DNA of 64,000 nucleotides from a virus (Duplodnaviria; Heunggongvirae; Uroviricota; Caudoviricetes): IMG/VR virus record IMGVR_UViG_3300046519_000060, positions 64,001 to 128,000 of that record; one strand, 5' to 3'. Shown piece by piece: positions 46,703 to 55,080 of this stretch (position 1 is its first letter; each line of letters starts with the position of its first letter). The notes under the pieces were generated by a model. It saw only the letters and a program-made list of their open reading frames with translations, ran no database searches and was not told where the DNA came from. The position numbers and the translations under genes were made by a program.

Positions 46703-47512
46703 ATGCAAACCTTCAAGCAATTCCTCAAAGAACAAGAAATCGATCCCAAGAACGGTTGCATTGGCCCCGATGGTGTCCCATGTCTCTATACCAATTGGGA
46801 CCGTGCTATCGGTCCTGATGGCGTCCCCACTGCCCTGATTGACTGGTCCGATGCTCGCGCCCGCAAGCGCCGCGTACAGGAAGGCAAACATGGCGATCAT
46901 ATCGACCACTGGACGGAACATCACGACAACGACCACATCGGCGGATCGGTGCGTGCTGTCCATGAACATCTGGCAGATGCCGACAGTTCTGGTCGTGGTG
47001 ACGTTGAAGCCGTCAGGCACTACACCCGCGATTCGAAGTGGCTGAACGAAGGTCTATACGACGCCCACAAGACCGGCGCAAAGGTTCCCTACGAACTCGG
47101 CGGTCACTCTGTTCTGGCGCTCGATAAGGCCATGAAGAAGAACAAGCTGGCGAAGCCCCTGAACGTCTACAGCGGCGTGCGTGTGAATCCCGGAAAGCTG
47201 GCAGAGCAACACCCAGAAGGCCATCTGCACCTTCCCGCGTTCGTCTCTACGTCCATCGACAAGGACGAAGCCCGCACGTTCGCAGAACACGGCTATGGAA
47301 GCTACGGTAAGGATCAACACATCATCCACTTCCATGTCCCGGCTGGTCATGAAGGGAAGTACGTCGATCATCACAGCGCAAACTCGGGCGAACGTGAATT
47401 CATTCTCCCGCGTGGGACGACATGGAAGATTCACCCGAAGCCGGATAGCTACGAAAACAACGATGGTGAAACACATACCCACATTTGGCACGCACATCCA
47501 ACTAACGTATAA
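46703..47512 (+). CDS. ADP-ribosyltransferase (VIP2/Alt-like fold) with capsid-targeting N-terminus
   Basis: HYT..S..LN..L; LD.A..K; VYSG; FVSTS; EREFILPRG (E-x-E). N-terminus MQTFKQFLKE. Confidence 0.85.
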   Translation: MQTFKQFLKEQEIDPKNGCIGPDGVPCLYTNWDRAIGPDGVPTALIDWSDARARKRRVQEGKHGDHIDHWTEHHDNDHIGGSVRAVHEHLADADSSGRGDVEAVRHYTRDSKWLNEGLYDAHKTGAKVPYELGGHSVLALDKAMKKNKLAKPLNVYSGVRVNPGKLAEQHPEGHLHLPAFVSTSIDKDEARTFAEHGYGSYGKDQHIIHFHVPAGHEGKYVDHHSANSGEREFILPRGTTWKIHPKPDSYENNDGETHTHIWHAHPTNV

Positions 47513-48312
47513 TGAAGTCGTTCAAACAATTCATCTTTGAATCCGTCGATCATGGTGTGGTCGATGGGATTCCTTGTGCCGTCATCTTGAAGCCCGAACA
47601 CCTATCAGAAGAAGTACATCGCATGGCGAAGTGGGCGCTCGATGCTTCGGACAACTCACATCTTGGTGGTACGAAGAAGTCGCAAGGCGATTCGCTTGCA
47701 TGGTCACATCCTATCAGCCCGGATGATCGCAAGCATCTGTACCGCTACACCAAGTCAAGCAACACGCTGAATAGCGATCTGTACCGCCGTCACATGGAGA
47801 ACGATCCGGTCAAGCATCCGGCCACGGTTCCGACCAAGGTCAGCGGTGAACACCATGACGTTGCGGCGCTCGATAAGGCCGTCCATCAGCCGTTGAAGCA
47901 AGACGTACACGTTCATAGCGGCGTGCGCTTCAACCCCGGCAGACTGGCTAGAAATCATCCAGAAGGCCATATCCATCTGCCCGCCTATACGTCTACATCA
48001 CTGGACCGTCAGGTTGCGAACCAGTTCTCGGACTCGGGTCATATCCTGCACATCCATTTGAAGGCTGGCGACAAGGCGCGATACGTTGGTGCTGATTCGC
48101 ACTACCCGCATGAGAAGGAAGTTCTTCTGCCGCGTCACACGACGATCAAGGTTCATCCCGAACCCGATGTTGTTCAAGGTGAAGGTGGAACCAAGGTCCA
48201 CGTCTGGCACGCACATGTTGTCCATCAGGCGCACCCAGATGAAATCAAGCCGCAAGGTAAGGCGAAGAAGGTCAAGCCCCGCTCCCTCGATACCACGGTG
48301 ACAGACGTGTAA
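47512..48312 (+). CDS. ADP-ribosyltransferase (VIP2/Alt-like fold), paralog, with capsid-targeting N-terminus
   Basis: RYT..S..LN..L; LDKAV; VHSG; YTSTS; EKEVLLPRH (E-x-E). N-terminus MKSFKQFIFE. Confidence 0.85.
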   Translation: MKSFKQFIFESVDHGVVDGIPCAVILKPEHLSEEVHRMAKWALDASDNSHLGGTKKSQGDSLAWSHPISPDDRKHLYRYTKSSNTLNSDLYRRHMENDPVKHPATVPTKVSGEHHDVAALDKAVHQPLKQDVHVHSGVRFNPGRLARNHPEGHIHLPAYTSTSLDRQVANQFSDSGHILHIHLKAGDKARYVGADSHYPHEKEVLLPRHTTIKVHPEPDVVQGEGGTKVHVWHAHVVHQAHPDEIKPQGKAKKVKPRSLDTTVTDV

Positions 48313-48317
48313 TAAAT

Positions 48318-48341
48318 AAAGCCCGCAATTGCGGGCTTTTT
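48318..48341. terminator. Bidirectional intrinsic terminator
   Basis: AAA-GCCCGC-aatt-GCGGGC-TTTTT between convergent genes. Confidence 0.85.
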
Positions 48342-48344
48342 CGT

Positions 48345-48569
48345 TTACGACTTCGGTTTCAGTGCGTTGCGTTCATGGTAGGTCATCGGCTTCTTGTTCT
48401 TCCCGCCTCGCGTCTTGGACGGGTGTTCGTGCTGGTGCGAGAACTGATCGATGTAAAGCTGGCGGGCCGCGTCAGACAGGAATACATCGAGTCTACGAGT
48501 CCCGCCACAAACCTTGCACTTCAATTCCGTATCACTGGCGACTTCAACGTGCGATGGATGGTCAAACAT
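48345..48569 (-). CDS. Small hypothetical protein (CxxC...HxH)
   Basis: 74-aa ORF coupled to the ARH gene stop. Confidence 0.65.
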   Translation of the reverse strand: MFDHPSHVEVASDTELKCKVCGGTRRLDVFLSDAARQLYIDQFSHQHEHPSKTRGGKNKKPMTYHERNALKPKS

Positions 48570-49473
48570 GTTCTTCGTTCAGATGGAACAGTTCCTTGAC
48601 GTAGCGGTTTTCGAGTGACGGCTGAATGAACTCAATCCAGTCTGCCGGAAGGTCGCCCAAGCCGAATACAAGGGCTGCAATGCCCCCGACGACGCACGCG
48701 TTGGTGTCGGTATCCCCGCCGTACAGAATCGCCCTGCTGACCGCTTCCGCGTAGCTGTTGCTGTTCTGGATACAGTCCTTGACGATGTTCAACGTGTCGA
48801 TGACGTAACCCGATCCGAAGTCCAGTTGGTACGGGTCAGGCATCCAGTCGAGAATCTTCCCGACCATGCCCCACAGAAGGCCGAAGTCGTTCTTCGTGAA
48901 CGTCTTGCCCGCGTTGTTCTGGTCCGCGATCATGCGGGCGAGCAACACATAGAACTGACAGGACTTCACGCAATCCTGACTGTTGTGCGTGATGATCGAC
49001 TGCTGAAACGCCATGCGGATCATGTCATGACTGTCATCGCAGATGAAGGCCACAGGCAGTACACGCATCAGCGAACCATTGCCAGAAGCGCGTTCTTCGT
49101 GAATGCGGACCTCACCCTTGCGGCGGTAATACGAAAGTTGCGTCGCGGTCTGCATTCCTTCATCGAAAAGCTTCCCGCTGACCCAATACTTGCCCTTCTC
49201 CCATGCGAGAAGGTCAGCATAAAACGCAGTCGCGTCGTGCGTGTCCTTTTCGAAGTTCGCATTGACACAAAGCTGCTGACTGAAATCGTCTGAATAAACA
49301 CCCAACGGAACCCCGTAGGTCTTGTAATCCGTGTCGATCTGGGTCGGATAGTCCACGTAATGCTTGTTGATTGCGTGGTCCTGTTTGAACTCATGCGGGA
49401 CTCCAAGGGCGTCGCCAAGCATTGCGCCAAACATGGCGGTTTGTTTCTGGTCTAGTGTCGAAAAATCGATCAT
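48562..49473 (-). CDS. ADP-ribosylglycohydrolase (ARH/DraG family)
   Basis: GAMLGDALGVP.EF; YSDD; GNGSLMR; ITH; GGDTDTNACVVG.IA. ATG at 49473 with a GGAG RBS. Confidence 0.93.
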   Translation of the reverse strand: MIDFSTLDQKQTAMFGAMLGDALGVPHEFKQDHAINKHYVDYPTQIDTDYKTYGVPLGVYSDDFSQQLCVNANFEKDTHDATAFYADLLAWEKGKYWVSGKLFDEGMQTATQLSYYRRKGEVRIHEERASGNGSLMRVLPVAFICDDSHDMIRMAFQQSIITHNSQDCVKSCQFYVLLARMIADQNNAGKTFTKNDFGLLWGMVGKILDWMPDPYQLDFGSGYVIDTLNIVKDCIQNSNSYAEAVSRAILYGGDTDTNACVVGGIAALVFGLGDLPADWIEFIQPSLENRYVKELFHLNEEHV

Positions 49474-49503
49474 GTTTGTTTCTCCATGACTAAGTATGGG
49501 TAC

Positions 49504-49533
49504 AGCATAACACAAGTACCATACGAATGTCCA
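49504..49533 (-). promoter_or_regulatory. Possible sigma70 promoter for the ARH gene
   Basis: Minus strand TGGACA-N18-TATGCT with an extended -10 TG. Confidence 0.45.
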
Positions 49534-51077
49534 GTCCTGTTGATATACAAATTGTTCCCAAGAATGCGAATTACTGTAGAGTGATCTGCAACCTTGACAT
49601 CGCGCGTGAACTGTCTAGCCATTTCAGCTTCGAAGTGCCGGGTGCAAAGTTCTCGCCTCTGTATCGGTCTGGACAGTGGGATGGCCGCACCAAGCTGTTC
49701 AACCTGATGACGCGGGAAATCTATGTCGGTCTGATCCCCTACATCTTCCAGTACGCCAAGGAAGCCGGTTATAGCGTCTCTGACGATGCCTCACTACCTG
49801 ATACCGAGACTATCACGTTCGACGTGATCGAGCGGTTCATGAAGGCGCTGAACGTCCAAAGTCGCGGTGAACCCATCGAAGTCCGCGACTACCAGATTGA
49901 AGCCATTGTAACCGCTTTGCGCTCGAACCGTCGCCTTCTGTTGTCCCCTACTTCCAGCGGCAAGTCCCTGATTATCTATGGAATCGTCCGGTGGTACGCC
50001 CTTCAAAAGAAGAAGTTCCTGCTACTGGTCCCTAACAAGAGTCTGGTTGCACAGCTTTTCAAGGATTTCGAGGATTATAGCTCGGCAAACGGTTGGGATG
50101 TAGAGAAAAATTGTCACATGATCTATGGCGGTCAGGAGAAGCAGTCCCCGAAGCCCATCATCATTTCGACGTGGCAATCGCTCTACAAGATCGGTAAGGG
50201 CGCTCCCAAGTCCGGGAAGTTGGAATCGGGCGTACCGGCCAACTACTTCGAACAGTTCGACGTGGTAATTGGTGACGAAGCGCACCTGTTCAAGTCCGCG
50301 TCAATCGTCGGCATCATGACCCGTTGCACAAAGGCGACGAAGCGAATCGGTACGACCGGAACACTTGACGGCAGCGAAACAAACAAGTTGGTACTCGAAG
50401 GTCTGTTCGGTTCTGTGTGTCGCGTAATCACGACACGCGAACTGATGGAGTCGGGACAGGTTGCCGATTTGAGTATCAAAGTGTTACAGTTGGAATATGC
50501 AGACGAAATCAGGCAGCTTGTCTCTGGCAAAAAGGTAAAACTGACCTATGACCAAGAGATGGAGTACTTGACGACATCGAAAAAGCGTAATAAATTCATC
50601 GCCAACCTAGCGGTGTCGCAAAAACGAAACACGTTGGTCCTGTTCCAGTTCGTAGAACACGGTAAATCTTTATATGATATGATCCGTGAACAGTGTGGAA
50701 ATGACCGAAAGGTGTTCTTCGTTTCAGGCGACACCGAACTGAATGATCGGGAAGATATACGTGAGGCGGCAGAAGCAAACGATGGTGTAGTAATCATTGC
50801 TTCCTACGGAGTATTTTCGACCGGCGTCAACGTTCGGAACATACACAGCGTTATATTTGCGTCACCAAGTAAGAGTCGAGTGCGTAACCTGCAATCTATC
50901 GGGAGAGGATTGAGACTAGGCAAGGGAAAGTCGTCGTGTGTGCTGTACGACATCGGAGACAACCTTTCTTGGAAGAAACGAAGCAACTACACCCTGCTAC
51001 ATATGATTGAAAGATTGAAAATTTACGCCGAAGAAAAGCTGGCGTACAAGATCATTGCAGTACCACTCGGAACCTGA
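49527..51077 (+). CDS. uvsW: DNA helicase UvsW
   Basis: WDG...LF; RDYQ..A; SPTSSGKS; DEAH; G.TGT; STGVN..N; LQSIGRGLR. Confidence 0.96.
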   Translation: MSSPVDIQIVPKNANYCRVICNLDIARELSSHFSFEVPGAKFSPLYRSGQWDGRTKLFNLMTREIYVGLIPYIFQYAKEAGYSVSDDASLPDTETITFDVIERFMKALNVQSRGEPIEVRDYQIEAIVTALRSNRRLLLSPTSSGKSLIIYGIVRWYALQKKKFLLLVPNKSLVAQLFKDFEDYSSANGWDVEKNCHMIYGGQEKQSPKPIIISTWQSLYKIGKGAPKSGKLESGVPANYFEQFDVVIGDEAHLFKSASIVGIMTRCTKATKRIGTTGTLDGSETNKLVLEGLFGSVCRVITTRELMESGQVADLSIKVLQLEYADEIRQLVSGKKVKLTYDQEMEYLTTSKKRNKFIANLAVSQKRNTLVLFQFVEHGKSLYDMIREQCGNDRKVFFVSGDTELNDREDIREAAEANDGVVIIASYGVFSTGVNVRNIHSVIFASPSKSRVRNLQSIGRGLRLGKGKSSCVLYDIGDNLSWKKRSNYTLLHMIERLKIYAEEKLAYKIIAVPLGT

Positions 51078-51083
51078 CGCAAC

Positions 51084-51590
51084 ATGAGCAACCAAGAATT
51101 TGTCGCAGAACAATACGAAGTAGAAGCGGAAGAAGTACAAGAACAGGCGTTCAATCAGGGAATCTTCACGCGGGCCATCCGGTTCAAGGGTGGCGAAGAA
51201 ATCGTGTGCGGCGTCCATGCGGATGACTTCGACTGGACGGTGAAGAAGTTCATCGTCATCCATCAGCCGATGGTGCTCGATGCAGCAACGAAGAAGATGA
51301 AGCCGTGGTCGGACATTTCGGATGACTTCTCGATGGAGATTTCGACCGATCTGGTGCGCACGATGTACGAAGTCAAGCATCGCTATTCGGTCCAGTGGTC
51401 CGATGCCGCTGCTGAACAGTACTTCGCACATCTGCGTGAACGTCTGGAAGATGACTCGATCAGTGACGAAGAACGTACCGACATCGAGCAAGAATTGCTG
51501 ATGGCATCGGATGGTTCAGAAGAAGAAGAATCGGTTCTCGAAGTGCCGGGACTGTTCAATCACGTTCCTGTCTCGAAAACCTTGCACTAA
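51084..51590 (+). CDS. Conserved T4-like hypothetical protein (Sm-like, IRFKGGEEIV)
   Basis: 168-aa ORF in the usual position between uvsW and gene 55. Confidence 0.75.
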   Translation: MSNQEFVAEQYEVEAEEVQEQAFNQGIFTRAIRFKGGEEIVCGVHADDFDWTVKKFIVIHQPMVLDAATKKMKPWSDISDDFSMEISTDLVRTMYEVKHRYSVQWSDAAAEQYFAHLRERLEDDSISDEERTDIEQELLMASDGSEEEESVLEVPGLFNHVPVSKTLH

Positions 51591-51612
51591 ATAGACTAGT
51601 GCTCGCGAAGCG

Positions 51613-51635
51613 ACCCGGCCTTGTGCCGGGTTTTT
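51613..51635 (+). terminator. Intrinsic terminator
   Basis: ACCCGGC-cttgt-GCCGGGT followed by TTTT. Confidence 0.8.
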
Positions 51636-51657
51636 ACGTTAACAATTGTTAATCATT

Positions 51658-51750
51658 TGTTCGCCTAGCGGCGACTTCGCTTCGCTCAGATAACCGGTTT
51701 TGTTTTTCACTAGTAACCGACTAGTAAGTTAACAGTTTTTAAACAGCGAA
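51658..51750. repeat. Copy B of the ~90-nt dispersed non-coding element
   Basis: See copy A at 2126-2217. Confidence 0.8.
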
Positions 51751-51762
51751 ACCCGAAACAGC

Positions 51763-51791
51763 ATTATACCAATGGTGGGGATTTCTGTCAA
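51763..51791 (-). promoter_or_regulatory. Perfect sigma70 promoter pointing into the non-coding element
   Basis: Minus strand TTGACA (51786-51791)-N17-TATAAT (51763-51768); no ORF downstream. Confidence 0.85.
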
Positions 51792-51849
51792 GTAGTATTT
51801 CCATCTGCACTACCTACACTGTAGCCCAAACACGACAGTTCGATTCGAA

Positions 51850-51878
51850 TTGACATGTTTGGGCTTTTGCTTTATAAT
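51850..51878 (+). promoter_or_regulatory. Perfect sigma70 promoter for gene 55
   Basis: TTGACA-N17-TATAAT. Confidence 0.9.
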
Positions 51879-51932
51879 GTTGCAAACAATGTGAGAAGTA
51901 CACTACATCATGAGGAACCCCTGCACTATGAC

Positions 51933-52562
51933 ATGACCCAAGACGACTACACCATTGACCAGAACCAAGCTGGTCCCTTTGACCATATTGAAGTCCCCGA
52001 AGCCTTCGATGAACCCACCAAGAAGGTCCACTACGTTGACAACGACGAAATGTTGGCTGCGTGGATGGCCTATCAGGAAGATCGGAAGAAAGCTGCCGCC
52101 GAAGGCCGCGATGATCCGGTTGTCCCCCGATACCTTGCTGAGTGCATCCTGAAAATCTGCCATCGCACGGCGTACAAGTACAACTTCATCAACTACTCGT
52201 ACCGCGATGAAATGGTCAGTGATGCTATCGAGAACTGCTTGCGCGGTATCAACACCTTCAACCCGGCCACTTCCAAGTACATCTTCTCCTACTACACCAC
52301 TGCTGCGTGGAACGCGTTCATTCGTCGCATCCAACGTGAAGAAAACCAGTCGGCTATCAAGGGTAAGATCATCTGTGAACTGGACGTGGATTCGATTGTG
52401 CGTCAGGAACACGACAACGGCGAGTACCAGACAAACTATGTCGAGTACATGAAGCAAGCCCAAGACTACCGAGAAGCCCACGAAGAACGTAAGAAGAAGT
52501 CGGCATTGAGCGAGAAGCCGACCCCGATTCACGAAAACGCACTTATTTTTGACGACGAATGA
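51933..52562 (+). CDS. gp55: Late-transcription sigma factor gp55
   Basis: HYVDN...; P.YLAEC.LKI....AY..NF.NYSYRDEM.SD.IENCLR....F.P; FSY.T..AWNAFIRRIQRE. Confidence 0.95.
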   Translation: MTQDDYTIDQNQAGPFDHIEVPEAFDEPTKKVHYVDNDEMLAAWMAYQEDRKKAAAEGRDDPVVPRYLAECILKICHRTAYKYNFINYSYRDEMVSDAIENCLRGINTFNPATSKYIFSYYTTAAWNAFIRRIQREENQSAIKGKIICELDVDSIVRQEHDNGEYQTNYVEYMKQAQDYREAHEERKKKSALSEKPTPIHENALIFDDE

Positions 52563-53086
52563 TTGACATTCTTGACGAGGAACAGATTCAGGTCATGGTT
52601 GACTTGGAAACCCTGTCCCTCGAACCCCATGCCGCTATCGTGTCCATCGGCGCAACGAAGTTCACGATCAAAGACGGTATCCACGAAACCTTCACGGTGA
52701 ACGTGGACCCGATGGACGGCAAGCAACTTGGCCTTCATCTGGACGCCGAAACCATCGAGTGGTGGAAGAAGCAACCGAAGGAAATCTCCGATCTGTGGAA
52801 GGTCTATCCGCTACCCGTTAAAGAGGCCATGACGCGCTTCGCCAACTGGTTCGGTGGTAGGCGTCTACCGATCTGGGCGAACAGCCCTAGCGCCGATTGC
52901 GTGTGGTTGAAAGAGTCCATGAAGGTCACGAACACGCCCTGTCCTTGGCACTATCGAGACGAATGCGATTACCGTACCTTCTCGAAGGTGTTCATCGTGG
53001 ACTTCGAGTGGGGCGACAAAGCACACAGTTCGCTAGATGACGCGATCAACCAGACAAACCATCTTTTGAAGATGATGAAAACATGA
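52559..53086 (+). CDS. DEDDh 3'-5' exonuclease (DexA/exonuclease VIII-like)
   Basis: MVDLETL...AAIVSIGA; W.NSP..D; PW.Y...D.RT; HS.LDDA. Confidence 0.85.
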   Translation: MIDILDEEQIQVMVDLETLSLEPHAAIVSIGATKFTIKDGIHETFTVNVDPMDGKQLGLHLDAETIEWWKKQPKEISDLWKVYPLPVKEAMTRFANWFGGRRLPIWANSPSADCVWLKESMKVTNTPCPWHYRDECDYRTFSKVFIVDFEWGDKAHSSLDDAINQTNHLLKMMKT

Positions 53087-53397
53087 GTAACGAAACGTAC
53101 CACTTCATCGCAAGCAACGTCGAACCGCTGGTCATCATACCGAACGTTGAGCATGGTGACGATGTAGCAGTCCTGAAATTCTCGAACGCCATGCGTGAGA
53201 AGCTTGCCAAGTCACGCGAAGCTGGCCGTGGTGGTTGGGAAGACCCGAAGCAATGCAGCACGATGTATCTGCGATTCCTTCTGGAATCCGAAATGGAAAA
53301 GCCGGTCATCGATCTGGTTGATGTTGCCAACTACTGCATGATGTTGCATCAACGTGGCGTGCAGTTCCTTGACAACACCTACTATGAGCAAGATTGA
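53083..53397 (+). CDS. Hypothetical phage protein (AM..KL...R..GRGGW...DVANYCMML)
   Basis: Coupled ORF with a recurring helical phage motif. Confidence 0.7.
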   Translation: MSNETYHFIASNVEPLVIIPNVEHGDDVAVLKFSNAMREKLAKSREAGRGGWEDPKQCSTMYLRFLLESEMEKPVIDLVDVANYCMMLHQRGVQFLDNTYYEQD

Positions 53398-53575
53398 TAC
53401 ACGACGCCTAGAGACGCTTCGACTTGAAGAAGAAGCGATCATGGCAGTGAAGAAGTTCGGTCTACGTGTTGATGCTGACATGTACAAAGTGAAGCTGCTG
53501 GTGGATACGTTCTACCAACAGCAACTACAAATTGAAGAAGCACTAAGAGAACTAGAACGTGAAGATCAAGAATGA
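53384..53575 (+). CDS. Hypothetical protein
   Basis: ATG at 53384. Confidence 0.6.
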   Translation: MSKIDTRRLETLRLEEEAIMAVKKFGLRVDADMYKVKLLVDTFYQQQLQIEEALRELEREDQE

Positions 53576-54038
53576 AGATGTCCTGACCAGTGCGCATCTG
53601 CGCCGCATCGATACCATCTGGCAGATGGACATTGATGAAGTGTCGTCGCTGGTTGATGAACTGTGGCAGTACGTTCCGCCCGAAGGCGACCAAGATTCGA
53701 TCCGTGGCTACTTCGGTGAAGAACTTGATGATGCCATTCTCGGACGCTACAACGAGATTCATGTTGAAGCTGAACGCAAGCTTAACAGCGAAGTCGATGT
53801 CGATGGCGTCACGTACAAGGTTGTTCAGTACTTCGACGTATATCACCTTGGTTGGGAAATGGACACCAAGGCTTGGGTCATCGAGAAGGACGATGGAATC
53901 GCACTGGTCCACACGAACCACGGCACGCCGTACATCGTTGAAGATGGTGTCGCATTCCTCAAAGCGAAGGTCGGTGAACTGAACGGCAACGTGAAGTCCA
54001 TGAAATCCGCAATCTCAAATCTGGAACTCAATGGCTAA
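53559..54038 (+). CDS. Hypothetical acidic protein
   Basis: 159-aa ORF coupled to gp47. Confidence 0.7.
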   Translation: MKIKNEDVLTSAHLRRIDTIWQMDIDEVSSLVDELWQYVPPEGDQDSIRGYFGEELDDAILGRYNEIHVEAERKLNSEVDVDGVTYKVVQYFDVYHLGWEMDTKAWVIEKDDGIALVHTNHGTPYIVEDGVAFLKAKVGELNGNVKSMKSAISNLELNG

Positions 54039-55080
54039 GGTAGCTTTGTTGGGCGATCAGCACTTCGGGTATGGTGATGGCCGTTTGGTCATGCACCAGT
54101 TCATGGAACGTGTCTATCGTGACTGGATGATCCCGCTGCTGATCGAGCGTGGTATCCGTCAGGTATTCCAGTTCGGTGACATCTACGACAAGCGCAAGGG
54201 TGTCGATTCGTACAGTGCTACGGAATCCAAACGATACTTCTTCGAACCGCTTGCCGAAGCCGGTATCCAGTTCATCGGACTGATCGGCAACCATGATGCG
54301 TTCTTCACCAACAGTATCGAAGTGAATAGCCCTGACCTTCTGTTGCAGGACTATCGACACGTTGAACTGATCCAGAACCCGGTGAAGGTCAAGATCGGTA
54401 CGGCCATAGTTGACATCGTGCCTTGGATCGCGCGTGACAACGAACAGCAAATCGCCAACTTCATCGCAGAGTCGGAATCGGACTATCTGTTCGGTCACTT
54501 CGAAATCGAAGGCTTCGCGATGTACAAGGGTGTCGAAGCGCAGCATGGTATGAATCGGGACTTCTTCAAGAAGTATAAGAAGGTGTTCTCAGGCCACTAC
54601 CACACGCGCAGTGACGATGGAAACATCATGTACGTGGGAACCCCTCACGAACTGAACTGGAACGACTACGACGATCCACGCGGCATCCATATCTTTGATA
54701 GCGAGACGGGCGAACTGGAATTCATCCCCTGCCCCTTCACGTTGCACACGATGCTTGTGTATGACGAAGATACGGTCAACGTCAAGAAGCTTCCTGACAT
54801 CGAGAACAAGTACGTCAAGCTGGTGGTCGATAAGCGCACGGACTTCAAGAAGTTCGATAAGTACGTTACTGCACTCAACGCGCTTGGTCCGCTGGACTTG
54901 AAGATCATTGAGGACTTCTCGCAGTTCAACGATGTCGAAGTGACGGTCGATGCAAAGGGCTTGAACGATACGCCTACCCTGCTTCGCAACTATGTTGACG
55001 AGACGGACACTGACTTGGACAAGGAACGCTTGAAGCGCGAACTGAACCAACTGTACCTCGAAGCGCAGGAAGTCGAATGA
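54031..55080 (+). CDS. gp47: Recombination endonuclease subunit gp47 (Mre11/SbcD-like)
   Basis: LGDQHFG; FGDIYD.RK; IGNHD; FGHFE; SGHYH; YVGTP. Confidence 0.95.
   Translation: MAKVALLGDQHFGYGDGRLVMHQFMERVYRDWMIPLLIERGIRQVFQFGDIYDKRKGVDSYSATESKRYFFEPLAEAGIQFIGLIGNHDAFFTNSIEVNSPDLLLQDYRHVELIQNPVKVKIGTAIVDIVPWIARDNEQQIANFIAESESDYLFGHFEIEGFAMYKGVEAQHGMNRDFFKKYKKVFSGHYHTRSDDGNIMYVGTPHELNWNDYDDPRGIHIFDSETGELEFIPCPFTLHTMLVYDEDTVNVKKLPDIENKYVKLVVDKRTDFKKFDKYVTALNALGPLDLKIIEDFSQFNDVEVTVDAKGLNDTPTLLRNYVDETDTDLDKERLKRELNQLYLEAQEVE

Noticed and set aside
51855-51932. Upstream extensions of track ORFs (gene 55, gp6, gp22, gp44, gp62, ARH, first ART)
   Set aside because: They overlap promoters or upstream genes; downstream starts with an RBS and family-typical N-termini fit better.
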